Shown piece by piece: positions 18,689-29,074 of a stretch of DNA of 64,000 bases; the first letter of the stretch is position 1; each line of letters starts with the position of its first letter. Under the pieces are notes generated by a model. It ran no database searches. It had not been told where the DNA came from and saw only the letters and a program-made list of their open reading frames with translations. Both the position numbers and the translations under genes were made by a program. Where the stretch lies: assembly GCA_963765495.1 (NCBI GenBank), contig CAVXWP010000015.1, positions 64,001 through 128,000 of the forward strand. Reading direction: 5' to 3'. This DNA is from Blastocatellia bacterium. Its GTDB lineage: Bacteria; Acidobacteriota; Blastocatellia; UBA7656.

Positions 18689-21112
18689 ATGCCCGCTAAG
18701 TCGGATACAAAATCTAATACTCGCCCCTTCACTAAAAATGTGGGAAGGTTGAAGAGCTTCTACGCAAGCCTGTCCGACCGGACTGTCATCGATGCTGCGG
18801 CAGGTCTGCTCATAGTTCTGGTTCTTTCGATGTTGCTGATGAGGCATTACCAGAGGCCGCAGATTCCGGCACTGGCCGCAGGCAGCACCGCCACAAGCGA
18901 CATCATCGCCTCAGAAGACCTGAAAATAGAGGACGCTGAAGAGACAAACCGCCGAAGATCACAGGCGGCAGCCGATGTTCTGCCCGTATTCGATTTCAAT
19001 CCGCGCGCGGTCAAGGACCTCCGCAACAAGATCGAGCAGATGTTCGAAGTCGGTCGTAATGCGCCCGAGGGATCGACCATCGATGATCTGCGCGCAAAGA
19101 TCGAAGAGGCGACCGATATTATCCTCGATCCCGAACAGGTCAAAGTCTTTATCGATTATCGCTTCAACTCCGAGCTTGAAAAGCTGATGATCGATCATCT
19201 GGAATCGGTGATGATGTCGGGTGTCATCAGCAGCCGCAGCCAGCTTGTCAGGCTCGGCTCGACCCAGATACTGCGCCGCGACAAAAAGACCGGGCAGGAG
19301 ACCGTGGTCGCTGATTTGTCGAACATCCGCGATTTGATAACTGCCCGCGCCGCGCTCAGGTCAGACAAACTCGTCTGGCCGGCTGAGTATGAGAAGAACG
19401 AACGCCGTATGATCGGCGAAGTGCTCGGCTCGCTCATCATTCCCGACATGATTTATAACGAGACCGAGACCGAAGCCCGAAAGGAAGGCGCTCGCGGGAC
19501 CATCGCCCCCGTCATGGTTGCCATTGATAAAGGCAAACCCATAGTCGTGCGCGGCGAAACCGTCACCCCTATAAAAGCGGCATTGCTTGAAGCCGCTTCA
19601 AATCGCCTCCCCATAGGCCAGCGCGCCATCGAATTCGCGGGCACGGTTGTCATCGTCATGCTGTTGCTGCTTGTGTTGTGGCGCTACCTGCTTCGCTACC
19701 AGACGCGCCACCTCAGAGTGCACCGCCATTTTCTGTTACAGGTATCGAGCTTTGTCATAGTGCTTGGCCTGGCCCGGCTCTTCTTCTCGATCGCCTATAT
19801 TATGAGTCAGTGGGTAGAGCGCGCTCCCTTCAATTCGGAACTGGGTTACAAATACCTCGCGCCGATTGCGGCGGGCGCTGTGCTGGTCACTATACTCAGC
19901 GACTCGCAGGCCGCCTTCGTCTTCTCGGCAATCCTTACAGTCTTCATAGGCATGCTCTCGGGAAACGTCTATCTTGCCGCATACACCCTGATGTCGAGCG
20001 TAGGCGCTATCTATCACCTGCAAACCTTAAAGGATCGCTCCGACCTTGTGCGGGCGGGGCTCTGGATAGGGCTTGTCAATACGGCGGCGGCGCTGGCGCT
20101 CGACCTCATAGGCGCAAGCGAACCGGGGCTCGATATACTGCTCTTTGACGGCTTTTGCGGATTTGCAAGCGGGCTGCTTGCAACCATGGTCGCCCTGATT
20201 ATACTGCCGCTCTTTGAGTGGTTGTTCGAGATAACCACAATCTTCAAGCTGCTCGAATTATCGAATCTGAATCTGCCGTTGCTCAAGCAACTGGCCGAGC
20301 GCGCGCCCGGAACCTATCACCACTCGATTATGGTGGGCCTGCTTGCGGAGGCCGCCGCCGAATCCATAGGCGCGGACGCGCTCTTTGCGCGGGTCGCCTG
20401 CTATTACCACGACATAGGAAAAGTGGTGCGCCCGACTTACTTCATAGAGAATCAGTCGCATCTGCAAAACCGCCACGACAACCTCGAACCGAGGATGTCT
20501 TCCATAATCCTTGCCAACCACGTCAAGCAGGGCATCGAGCTTGCCCGGCAATACAAACTGCCCTCGCGTATTGTCTCGATAATACCGCAGCACCACGGGA
20601 CCGGGCTGATGAAGTATTTTTATTACAAGGCGCGCAAGGCTCTGGGCGATACGGATTCAGCGGCGCTCGAAAATCAATTCCGCTACCCCGGCCCGAAACC
20701 GCAATCGAAAGAGGCGGCCATTATCATGATCGCCGACTCGGTCGAAGCCGCCGGGCGCACGGTCCAGGAGCCTACGCCCACAAAGCTGCGCAACATGATA
20801 AACATGATAATCACACGCATACGCGATGACGGGCAGTTGGACGAATGCGACATCACCCTTAGAGAGTTGACTCTGGTAGCCGAAAGCTTTGTGAAGGTGC
20901 TGATGGGGATACATCATCACCGCATAGCCTATCCCGGTTATGATTTCAATCGCGCGGGCGCTCCCGCCCTGCTTTCACAGGTGACGCCCGCCTCGGACGG
21001 AAAAACCTCTCGTCCGGCACCCGCTCAACCGGCAAATGGTCCCGTCCCCACAACGACCGCCGATGCCGCAAAGGCTCCCCCTCCGACTCTCAAAGAGGCG
21101 CGCGGTGATTGA
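18689..21112 (+). CDS. 7TM-HD phosphohydrolase (PgpH-like cyclic-di-AMP phosphodiesterase family)
   Basis: Extracellular domain, multiple TMs, APGTYHHS, YYHDIGK, QHHGT, FRYPGPKP, ADSVEAA; phoH-ybeY context. Confidence 0.88.
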   Translation: MPAKSDTKSNTRPFTKNVGRLKSFYASLSDRTVIDAAAGLLIVLVLSMLLMRHYQRPQIPALAAGSTATSDIIASEDLKIEDAEETNRRRSQAAADVLPVFDFNPRAVKDLRNKIEQMFEVGRNAPEGSTIDDLRAKIEEATDIILDPEQVKVFIDYRFNSELEKLMIDHLESVMMSGVISSRSQLVRLGSTQILRRDKKTGQETVVADLSNIRDLITARAALRSDKLVWPAEYEKNERRMIGEVLGSLIIPDMIYNETETEARKEGARGTIAPVMVAIDKGKPIVVRGETVTPIKAALLEAASNRLPIGQRAIEFAGTVVIVMLLLLVLWRYLLRYQTRHLRVHRHFLLQVSSFVIVLGLARLFFSIAYIMSQWVERAPFNSELGYKYLAPIAAGAVLVTILSDSQAAFVFSAILTVFIGMLSGNVYLAAYTLMSSVGAIYHLQTLKDRSDLVRAGLWIGLVNTAAALALDLIGASEPGLDILLFDGFCGFASGLLATMVALIILPLFEWLFEITTIFKLLELSNLNLPLLKQLAERAPGTYHHSIMVGLLAEAAAESIGADALFARVACYYHDIGKVVRPTYFIENQSHLQNRHDNLEPRMSSIILANHVKQGIELARQYKLPSRIVSIIPQHHGTGLMKYFYYKARKALGDTDSAALENQFRYPGPKPQSKEAAIIMIADSVEAAGRTVQEPTPTKLRNMINMIITRIRDDGQLDECDITLRELTLVAESFVKVLMGIHHHRIAYPGYDFNRAGAPALLSQVTPASDGKTSRPAPAQPANGPVPTTTADAAKAPPPTLKEARGD

Positions 21113-21575
21113 AGTAGCAAATCGTCAAAGGCTGGTTTCGATAGACAAAAGCCGCATCGCAAGCCTTGCGAGCGCGACGCTCAAAGCCGTTGGACGCCCT
21201 GTTGCCGAAATCACCATAGCCTTTGTGCGCGACCGCCGCATACGACAGTTGAACCGCGATTTCAGAGGCAAAAACCTGGCGACCGACGTGCTCTCTTTTC
21301 CCTTCAATGATGAACCGATGGATTCCCGTATAGAACGAAAGGAGATTGATCAAACAGCGGAGGAGCGTTCAGACGGCTATTATCTGGGCGACATCGTGAT
21401 ATCTACTGAGCGGGCGCTTGCGCAGGCGCGCTCGTCCAATCTCACCTTTGAGCGCGAGGTAAGCGAGCTTGTCATACACGGTATACTTCATCTGTGCGGA
21501 TACGATCACGACCGGGATCAAGGCGAAATGAATCGGCTTGAGTTAAAGCTCAGGCGAAAGCTGCTTGACGCTTGA
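21105..21575 (+). CDS. ybeY: rRNA maturation endoribonuclease YbeY
   Basis: TDVLSFP, LGDIVIS, HGILHLCGYDH; GTG 21105 overlaps the upstream gene. Confidence 0.95.
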   Translation: MIEVANRQRLVSIDKSRIASLASATLKAVGRPVAEITIAFVRDRRIRQLNRDFRGKNLATDVLSFPFNDEPMDSRIERKEIDQTAEERSDGYYLGDIVISTERALAQARSSNLTFEREVSELVIHGILHLCGYDHDRDQGEMNRLELKLRRKLLDA

Positions 21576-21576
21576 T

Positions 21577-21670
21577 GCGAGATTCGCGATGCGTGACGCG
21601 TGAGATTTGTGAATAGCAATGCTTCGGTTTTTGCGATCTCCGATCACGAATCACGAATCACGAATCTCGC
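21577..21670. repeat. Inverted heptamer array, TCACGAA family, copy 2
   Basis: 27-nt arms 21577-21603 and 21644-21670, 23/27 complementary, mirrored terminal GCGAGATTCG. Confidence 0.88.
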
Positions 21671-21686
21671 CTAATCTCTACAGACT

Positions 21687-22982
21687 ATGGTAACTGAGTT
21701 AATATTGGCTGGCGCGGCACTGCTCGTACTGGTGTTTCTCTCTACGGTTGAAAGCGCGTATGAGTCGCTCAGCGAGGTGTCGCTCAGGGTGATGGTTGGC
21801 GAGCACGAAGACAGCCCGCGCGTCCGATTCTTCCGTGAGTTGCTCGACAACCGCCTCCAGTTCGAGTTGATACTGATCCTCGGCACGCAGATTTCAATCG
21901 CGCTTATAGCCATTCTCGCCGCAGACATATTCTCTTATATCAATCTGAGAGCCCCGCTTACCTTTGCCCTTGTTGCGACTTTTATCGTGGTCGTCCTGTT
22001 TCGCCAGTTTGTGCCGCGCCTGCTCGCTCAGAATCAGCCCGAAGAGATATTCTGGCAATTGCTGCCGCTGTTTCGACTCTTTTACCTCTTCTTTTCCGTC
22101 TTTGTCACACCCATCAGCCGGTTGCTCGAGCGGATGAAAAAGCCCGAGCCCGAACCCGAAGAGGACGAGGAAGAAGACGAAGAGACCATAACCGAGATTC
22201 AGGCGTTTATCGACGTGGGCGAAGAAGAGGGCATAATCGAAGAATCCGAAGGCGAGTTGATTCAATCAATACTAGAATTCAGCGATACCCGCGTGGGCGA
22301 AGTCATGCGCCCGCGCCCGCAGATCGTCGCTCTGGATGTCTCGGCTACGGCGGCAGACGCCCGCGAGGCAATGATCAAATCCAAGTACTCGCGCCTGCCC
22401 GTCTTTCGCGATCAGATCGACAACGTCGAAGGCATAGTTTACGTGCGCGATCTGCTCGCTTACTGCGAGCCGGATAAATCCGCCAATCCTGTCACCGAGT
22501 GCATGCGCCCCGCCTACTTCGTGCCGGAAACAAAGCCAATCGCCGAACTCTTTGAAGAGATGCAAAAGGCCAAGGTGCAGATGGCTATGGTCATAGATGA
22601 ATACGGCGGAGTGGCGGGCCTTGTGACGGTCGAAGACATAATCGAAGAGATAATGGGCGAGATAGAGGACGAAGATCGCACCGTAATAGCCGAAGAGATT
22701 ATCAAAAACGAGGACGGCTCTTATCTGATAGACGGCAGCACCGAGATAAGAAAAGTCGAACTGCTTTATGACAAAGAGATCGAGGCCGATGATTTTACGA
22801 CCGTCGCGGGGCTGATTATCAATGAACTCGGTCACATGCCCACCGTTGGCGAAACGCTCGATTTCAAGGGTCTGCGGTTTGAAGTGATCGAAGCCGACAG
22901 CCGCCGCGTCAATCGCGTGCGCCTCTACACCATCGAAGAGGTCAGCCCCGATGATGCCGAATCGCAGGCCGTCAGCGAATAG
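21687..22982 (+). CDS. CNNM/DUF21-CBS-CorC (TlyC-like) membrane protein
   Basis: N-terminal TMs, YSRLPV, VIDEYGGVAGLVTVEDIIEEIMGEIEDE, CorC C-terminal domain. Confidence 0.92.
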   Translation: MVTELILAGAALLVLVFLSTVESAYESLSEVSLRVMVGEHEDSPRVRFFRELLDNRLQFELILILGTQISIALIAILAADIFSYINLRAPLTFALVATFIVVVLFRQFVPRLLAQNQPEEIFWQLLPLFRLFYLFFSVFVTPISRLLERMKKPEPEPEEDEEEDEETITEIQAFIDVGEEEGIIEESEGELIQSILEFSDTRVGEVMRPRPQIVALDVSATAADAREAMIKSKYSRLPVFRDQIDNVEGIVYVRDLLAYCEPDKSANPVTECMRPAYFVPETKPIAELFEEMQKAKVQMAMVIDEYGGVAGLVTVEDIIEEIMGEIEDEDRTVIAEEIIKNEDGSYLIDGSTEIRKVELLYDKEIEADDFTTVAGLIINELGHMPTVGETLDFKGLRFEVIEADSRRVNRVRLYTIEEVSPDDAESQAVSE

Positions 22983-22998
22983 CGAGGAAAGTGCGCAA

Positions 22999-23916
22999 AT
23001 GCCGGATCAGGAAATAACCACGGACACAGAGAAATTCAAATCGGGCGTGGTCGCGCTCATCGGTCGCCCGAATGCCGGGAAATCAACTCTTCTAAATCAG
23101 GTCGTAGGCGAAAAGATCGCCATCGTATCCGATAAGCCTCAAACCACACGCACGCGCATCAGCGGCGTCTTGAGCCGACCCGAAGGGCAGATCGTCTTTC
23201 TCGATACGCCGGGCATTCACAAGCCCGGCTATAAACTCAACCGCCGAATGATGGCCATCGTCACCGACGCGCTGACTACCGTGGACCTGATAATCCTGAT
23301 GATAGACGCGACTCAGGCAAAGGGCGCGGGCGACCGCTTCGTCCTCGATATGCTGAAACGCGTTTCGACTCGCGCCATTCTGGCGCTAAATAAAGTCGAT
23401 GCCCTGAGCGATAAGTCGAAGCTGCTGCCGAGGATCGCCGACTACGCCTCCGAACGCGAGTTTGTCGAAATCATCCCCGTCTCTGCGCTCACGGGCGACG
23501 GGGTGGATTTATTGATCGAGAAGGCGTTCGAATACTTGCCCGAGGGCGCACCCCTTTATGACGAAGACGCGCTGACCGATCAGCCCGAACGCGCAATCGT
23601 GGCCGAGCTTGTGAGAGAAAAGATTCTTCAAATAACCGGCGAAGAGATTCCATACGTCACCGCCGTAGTGACGGAAAGCTGGGAAGAGACCGAGGAGATC
23701 ACAAAGATCGGCTGCCTGATCTATGTTGAGCGGCCTTCGCATCGCGCCATTATCATAGGCAAGGGCGGCTTGCGGTTGAAGGAAGTCGGACAATCCGCTC
23801 GTGCCGACATAGAGCGATTGCTCGGACGCCATATTTATCTGGGCCTCTTTGTGAAGGTGCGTGAACACTGGCGCGACGACGAGCGAACGCTGAACGAGCT
23901 TGGGATACAGGGTTGA
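22999..23916 (+). CDS. era: GTPase Era
   Basis: GRPNAGKS, QTTR, DTPG, NKVD, KH-domain IIIGKGG. Confidence 0.97.
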   Translation: MPDQEITTDTEKFKSGVVALIGRPNAGKSTLLNQVVGEKIAIVSDKPQTTRTRISGVLSRPEGQIVFLDTPGIHKPGYKLNRRMMAIVTDALTTVDLIILMIDATQAKGAGDRFVLDMLKRVSTRAILALNKVDALSDKSKLLPRIADYASEREFVEIIPVSALTGDGVDLLIEKAFEYLPEGAPLYDEDALTDQPERAIVAELVREKILQITGEEIPYVTAVVTESWEETEEITKIGCLIYVERPSHRAIIIGKGGLRLKEVGQSARADIERLLGRHIYLGLFVKVREHWRDDERTLNELGIQG

Positions 23917-23947
23917 CCCGAGGCGGAGTCGGGTACCAGCCATTCAT

Positions 23948-24823
23948 ATGAAAAACGCGGAAGAGAAATCGTGGCTTTTGATCTCTATCGAAACCCTGCG
24001 CGAGGCCGAAGAATTTCTGTCTTCATCACTTTTCGATCTCGGCACGACCGGCATAATTACCCTCGAAGAATCGGATGAGACCATAAAGCTTGGCGCATAT
24101 TTCGACTCTGCCCTTGACCCGGAAGAGATAGGGCGAGCGATTGAATCCGTGTTCCTCGCCGCTCTGCGCCGGGACGAGTTGTTGAGTTTTTCATCTTCAA
24201 TCATCCCCGATCAGGACTGGATGCAGAAATGGAAGGAAGGATACGAGGCCGTGGAGGCAGGCGAGCGATTGATCGTAGCCCCTTCGTGGAAACTCCCCGG
24301 TGTGACAGGAGAGCGCCTCGTCATCCGCATTGATCCGGGGATGGCATTCGGGACCGGAACGCACGAGACTACGCGGCTGTGCCTTGAAGCAATCGAACGC
24401 TTCTGGCGCGGCTCTCGCCTGCTCGACGTAGGATGCGGGACCGGGATACTTGCCATTGCCGCCGCGCTGTTAGAGCCGCGTTCGAGTATTGTCGCCGTTG
24501 ACATAGACCCGGTCGCCGTCGAGGTTGCGCGTGAAAACATAGAGATCAATCGGGTGTCGGAACTGATCGAGGTCAGGGAAGGCGGGCCTGATGGTTTTGC
24601 CGGAACCGCATTTGATGTGGTCGTGGCGAACCTGACGGCGGAAGTGATAATCGAGTTGATGAGCGATTTAATCTGTTGTCTAGCGCCTTCGGGAGTGTTG
24701 ATACTTTCAGGCGTGTTGACGGATTTAAGAGACCGGGTCGAGAAACGGGCGACCGATGCGGGGCTTACCATCATCGAAGGGCGTGAAGCGGGTGAGTGGT
24801 CGGCGCTCGCGGCAAGAAGGTAA
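23948..24823 (+). CDS. prmA: Ribosomal protein L11 methyltransferase
   Basis: DPGMAFGTGTHETT, LDVGCGTGILA, VVANL. Confidence 0.93.
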   Translation: MKNAEEKSWLLISIETLREAEEFLSSSLFDLGTTGIITLEESDETIKLGAYFDSALDPEEIGRAIESVFLAALRRDELLSFSSSIIPDQDWMQKWKEGYEAVEAGERLIVAPSWKLPGVTGERLVIRIDPGMAFGTGTHETTRLCLEAIERFWRGSRLLDVGCGTGILAIAAALLEPRSSIVAVDIDPVAVEVARENIEINRVSELIEVREGGPDGFAGTAFDVVVANLTAEVIIELMSDLICCLAPSGVLILSGVLTDLRDRVEKRATDAGLTIIEGREAGEWSALAARR

Positions 24824-24830
24824 CAAAGAG

Positions 24831-25622
24831 ATGGCTCGCCGCAGATTTTATGCCTCACCCGACGATTTCAGCGATCAGAAGATCAATCTATCTACAGAAG
24901 AGACCCATCACCTTACGCGTGTGCTGCGGCTGAGGGCGGGCGACGAGGTGTTTGTCTTTGACGGGCGCGGGTGCGAATATCAGTGCCGCTTTGTCGATGT
25001 GGTGAGCAATCGCGCTCAGGTCGAAATAATCACGCTTCTCCGGGATCAGGTTGAGTCGCCCCTTTTTTTGACGCTCGCTCAGGCGCTCGCAAAGGGCGAG
25101 AAGTTTGATCTCGTAGTACAGAAAGCGACCGAGCTTGGTGTCAGCCGGATAGTGCCTTTGCTGACCGAGCACATTGATGTGAAGCTCGACGGGGCAGCCA
25201 CAGGCAAGCGGTTGGAGAGGTGGCGGCGAATATCGCTTGAAGCGATAAAGCAATCGGGTCGCCGCGCGCTTGTTGAGATAGCCGCTCCGCTTGGGCTCGC
25301 GGATTTGATTGAATCTGATCGAGCGAGATACGAAGCCGAGACACACGCGATGCTGGTTTTTAGCGAGAAGGGCGGCGCGGCGATTGAAAAAGCGCTGGCC
25401 GAAACCGCCAATTGTTCGAGCGTGACGGCACTGATCGGGCCGGAAGGCGGATGGGCGGAAACGGAGTTGTCATTGATCGAAGAGGGTGGATGCCGGGCCG
25501 TGACGCTCGGCCCTCGCATACTCAGGACTGAAACGGCAGCCATCGTAGCCATCAGCCTGATCGAACACGCGCTCGGCGACCTTTCAACAGATAACTCGGG
25601 GGCCGATGATCTCTACCCTTGA
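24831..25622 (+). CDS. rsmE: 16S rRNA m3U1498 methyltransferase
   Basis: HLTRVLR, QKATELG, IGPEGG, LGPRILRTETA. Confidence 0.95.
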   Translation: MARRRFYASPDDFSDQKINLSTEETHHLTRVLRLRAGDEVFVFDGRGCEYQCRFVDVVSNRAQVEIITLLRDQVESPLFLTLAQALAKGEKFDLVVQKATELGVSRIVPLLTEHIDVKLDGAATGKRLERWRRISLEAIKQSGRRALVEIAAPLGLADLIESDRARYEAETHAMLVFSEKGGAAIEKALAETANCSSVTALIGPEGGWAETELSLIEEGGCRAVTLGPRILRTETAAIVAISLIEHALGDLSTDNSGADDLYP

Positions 25623-25665
25623 AGTTTATCATTTTCCCAGTTCCCGGTTACTGGTGAGCATTTCA

Positions 25666-25696
25666 CCGGCCCCCGGCCCCAGGCCCCAGGCCCCCG
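25666..25696. repeat. Single-arm heptamer array CC(G/A)GGCC
   Basis: CCGGCCCCCGGCCCCAGGCCCCAGGCCCCCG abutting the stop of the HD-GYP/GGDEF gene; same unit as 49725-49843. Confidence 0.7.
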
Positions 25697-28147
25697 CTAC
25701 ATAACCTTTTCAGCATATATGTCAGGGAGGTTTTCGCCATCTGATTGATAGGGTAAAGACTTTCTGCTGCGCTTGTTGACATACATCGCCCGGTCGGCGG
25801 CGAGCAGCAATTCATCGAGCGTGCTGCCGTCAAGTCCGAAACTCGCCGCGCCCATGCTGATTCCTACCGTGGGGATAAGCCCGATTGAATTAAACTCGTA
25901 TTTGTCGAGGAAAGTCTGAATCCTTTCGATCAAATCGCAGGTTTCGCCCGGATTTACCTGCACCAGGGCTACGAATTCATCCCCCGCATATCTGGCCAGA
26001 AAATCACTGCCTCGAATCTGGCTCGACAATGCCTGAGCCATCTCTCGGAGCACATTATCACCGGCCTGATGGCCCATCGTATCGTTGACAGCCTTGAACC
26101 CGTCAAGGTCCATCATCAGAATAGAGAAGCTGCCGCCTTGTCGTCTAAATCGATCCGCTTCCTCTTCGAATTTCTGCCTGAGCGCCCGCGCATTGGGCAA
26201 TCCCGTGAGCGTGTCTGTCAAGGCTGTGTTCTCAATATCTTCGTGATGCAATGCGTTGGCAAACGCATCGGCAGCCAGTTTGGCCGCCTCTTCTACAACT
26301 CGGATGTCATCCTGGCTGTAGGCTTCAAGCTCTATAGAGTAGAGCGCGAAAGCGCCCAGAAGCTCTTCGCCTCTGAGCAGGGGAATAGCGATGGCCGCGC
26401 GGTACTGGTCCTCCATATTCACTTTCATCGCATCGAAATCAAGACGCGGATCGGCATTGTACATGGGCTGTCGCATGGCTACGACTCTTCCGATCAGCCC
26501 GGTCCCGAAATTGATCTGTCGGCCCTTGAACATCTCCGCATTGCGCCCGCTTGCCTGCACCGCCTCAACCATCTGTGTGCCCGGCTTTGTCAGGTAGAGA
26601 ACACAGTTGGTGTACCTGACTATCTCCTGTAGCCTCGATGAAAAGACGGCGAACATATCGGATAATTCGAGGCTTGTGCCGATGGATTGCGCTATTTCGT
26701 AAAGGGTGCTTACTTCACGATGTGCGCTGCGAATGCGGTCAAAGGCCAGCCGCCCGCTGTCTGAGGCCGGTTCTGGGAGGCTCGGATTGACCTGGTGCGA
26801 AAAGGCCGCGGATTGGAGCTTCATTTTCTGATTTTTGATCTCGGCGTCGAATTCCGGCAGATGTTTGAGAAATAGTTGAACGACATTCGGATCATACATA
26901 GTTCCGCCGAGGCTTTTCAACATTTCGATAGCTTCGTCTCTGGTAAGCGCCTTGCGATAGGGGCGATCTTCCTGTAACGCGTCGAAGCAATCGACTACCG
27001 ACAGTATTCTGGCCGTGAGGGGAATCTGCCCTTCCTTAAGCGCATCGGGATAACCTCGCCCGTCCCACCTCTCGTGGTGATGCCGCACGACCGGCACTAC
27101 CGGATAGGGAAAGCCTACTCGCTCGAGTATCTCGGCCCCTACGATGGTATGTATCTTCATCTTTTCATATTCGGCGGGGGTGAGTTTGCCGGGCTTGTTC
27201 AAGATGTAATCCGGCACGGCGAGCTTTCCTATGTCGTGAAGCAGCGCGCCTGCCTTAAGCGCCTCTATTTCAGGCCCCGACAACCCGAGCAACCGCGCAA
27301 GACCTATCGCGTAAATGCGTACGCGATTGACGTGATCGTGTGTCACCTCGTCTTTAGCGTCAATGGCTATGGCGAGCGCCTCGATGGTTCTTAAATGCAG
27401 ATTGGCCATCTGCTCGGCGCTGTCGATGGATGTCTGCACCTTGCTTAGATAATTCTTGTATGTGAGATAAGTGACCGAAAGTATCGGAACGGCTATAATG
27501 ATCGCATAGACCGAGATCACGGTGAGTAATTTCACGATCAGACAGGCAGCAATCGCACCCGCGAAATAGGTTACCGAAGACCACAGAAACGCCTCTCTCC
27601 AGGTCCTCATAATGTTGCGCCTGTGTCTGAGCGCGGCCACGGCGTTTACGAGTCCCGAATTCAGCCCGTAGTGAATCAGTGCCAGCGACCCCGCTGCCAG
27701 AAACATGCGGCCCCAGTCGGAGGAGACTCGCGTCAGGTCGCCGAACATATACTCGACCACATGCGTAGAGATGTAAACGGAGAGACTCATCACCGCGACG
27801 TTGAAGGGGACGAGCTTTCGTTTGTTCGGATAAGCGAGCGAGCAGTAGGCCGCGTTTCCGCCCGCGAGCACGACCGAAGGGAGCACGCCGTAAAGCAGCG
27901 CGCATACATAGATGAAAGTGTCATCAAGCGTTATGGTGCTGTCCACTTTCGGGACTCTTATGACCGTGCGGGCGACCACAAGAATCGTCACAAGACTGAG
28001 CAGCCCCCACTCAGGATTGAATCGGACTGCGATCATCTGAATGACTGCGTAACCAAACACCAGCAACCCGGCCACAGACAGAACCGTTATGAAGAGCCTG
28101 GAGGCTGTCGTTTCCTGATTGTTGGAGGTTTGCTCCATATCAACCAC
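25697..28147 (-). CDS. Membrane-bound HD-GYP + GAF + GGDEF (AGDEF variant) cyclic-di-GMP turnover protein
   Basis: N-terminal TMs; LLHDIGK, HHERWDGRGYP; GAF; DTLTGLPN, DLDGFKAVND, RGSD I-site, RYAGDEF. Confidence 0.9.
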   Translation of the reverse strand: MVDMEQTSNNQETTASRLFITVLSVAGLLVFGYAVIQMIAVRFNPEWGLLSLVTILVVARTVIRVPKVDSTITLDDTFIYVCALLYGVLPSVVLAGGNAAYCSLAYPNKRKLVPFNVAVMSLSVYISTHVVEYMFGDLTRVSSDWGRMFLAAGSLALIHYGLNSGLVNAVAALRHRRNIMRTWREAFLWSSVTYFAGAIAACLIVKLLTVISVYAIIIAVPILSVTYLTYKNYLSKVQTSIDSAEQMANLHLRTIEALAIAIDAKDEVTHDHVNRVRIYAIGLARLLGLSGPEIEALKAGALLHDIGKLAVPDYILNKPGKLTPAEYEKMKIHTIVGAEILERVGFPYPVVPVVRHHHERWDGRGYPDALKEGQIPLTARILSVVDCFDALQEDRPYRKALTRDEAIEMLKSLGGTMYDPNVVQLFLKHLPEFDAEIKNQKMKLQSAAFSHQVNPSLPEPASDSGRLAFDRIRSAHREVSTLYEIAQSIGTSLELSDMFAVFSSRLQEIVRYTNCVLYLTKPGTQMVEAVQASGRNAEMFKGRQINFGTGLIGRVVAMRQPMYNADPRLDFDAMKVNMEDQYRAAIAIPLLRGEELLGAFALYSIELEAYSQDDIRVVEEAAKLAADAFANALHHEDIENTALTDTLTGLPNARALRQKFEEEADRFRRQGGSFSILMMDLDGFKAVNDTMGHQAGDNVLREMAQALSSQIRGSDFLARYAGDEFVALVQVNPGETCDLIERIQTFLDKYEFNSIGLIPTVGISMGAASFGLDGSTLDELLLAADRAMYVNKRSRKSLPYQSDGENLPDIYAEKVM

Positions 28148-28173
28148 TGCTTTGCCTGCGCTGCATCAAACCA

Positions 28174-28212
28174 GATTCAAGAAAGGGGCCGATTCAAGAA
28201 AGGGGCCGATTC
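28174..28212. repeat. 17-bp tandem duplication
   Basis: (GATTCAAGAAAGGGGCC)x2 + GATTC. Confidence 0.9.
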
Positions 28213-28215
28213 GCT

Positions 28216-28689
28216 TTAACGCGCATACATCGCGAAAATCACTCTGTCTTCACTTTGACTGATACTTACGCCGCACAGGGCGCATTCCTTAAAGAAACGC
28301 TTGGGAGCACGGCCAGACCTGTCTTCGCCGTATCCCAGCCAATCACCCGCTACGTACGGCATTCGGTATCCGCAAGAGCGGCACTCATCCGTAGGCCAGG
28401 CATCCTTGTAATTCAAGTAGACTTCGGCCACCTCAGCCGGAAGCGCCAGCCGATGTGTATCATCTGCCATAGTGAAATGGATCAAGTGCAGAAAGACTTC
28501 GGTCAGGTGAGTGATGTCAGGCTCCGGCTCGCACCTTTGATCGGGTGGCACCTGCTCCCAGAGATTGTATTGATGAATGTCTTCATAGACCTGCGCCAGA
28601 TGATCTTCCGACATGGTCGCGGCCAATCTCTCGCTTGCTGCCATCTGACTCACGGGATTCGCTTGCTTTTCGATTATGGTCTCAAACAT
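28216..28689 (-). CDS. Hypothetical protein with two CxxC pairs (possible zinc ribbon)
   Basis: 157 aa; CRSC and CALC; AAGGA upstream. Confidence 0.65.
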   Translation of the reverse strand: MFETIIEKQANPVSQMAASERLAATMSEDHLAQVYEDIHQYNLWEQVPPDQRCEPEPDITHLTEVFLHLIHFTMADDTHRLALPAEVAEVYLNYKDAWPTDECRSCGYRMPYVAGDWLGYGEDRSGRAPKRFFKECALCGVSISQSEDRVIFAMYAR

Positions 28690-28704
28690 AACTGAATTTC
28701 CTTA

Positions 28705-28965
28705 TTAGTTCATCTGCTTCAAAAAATTCGTGTCAAAACAAGTCAGGAATTCGGACCCTGTTTTGATTGTGGGGCTACCCAATCCGCTATTGCGAATAAA
28801 TCCAACCATCCCAAAATTGGCCAGGGTAAATCCATCAGGAATAGCGAGCACTTCCATTCGGTGCTCTTTCCTAAGCTCAACCGGCGATACGAAGAGTGGC
28901 CTCCCGGTTTGCAGGCCCTGTCGAATCGGGCCGGTGCTATTCAAACTCTTTAGCAATTGCATCAT
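28705..28965 (-). CDS. Hypothetical small protein
   Basis: 86-aa ORF co-oriented just upstream of the CxxC gene, GAGGA upstream; no recognisable motif. Confidence 0.35.
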   Translation of the reverse strand: MMQLLKSLNSTGPIRQGLQTGRPLFVSPVELRKEHRMEVLAIPDGFTLANFGMVGFIRNSGLGSPTIKTGSEFLTCFDTNFLKQMN

Positions 28966-29046
28966 GCCTGATCCTCTAATCCAGCCTCCACTGATACTCT
29001 TCTCATCCTTAAACCCTCAGCTAATGGACTGAGCGAATAAACTTCG

Positions 29047-29074
29047 ATATTGGCATTGTCAATATACGTGCCAG
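29047..29074 (-). promoter_or_regulatory. Sigma54-like -24/-12 element overlapping a 19-bp palindrome
   Basis: Minus strand CTGGCACG-TATA-TTGAC (-12 GA instead of GC); palindrome ATATTGGCATTGTCAATAT at 29047-29065. Confidence 0.4.
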
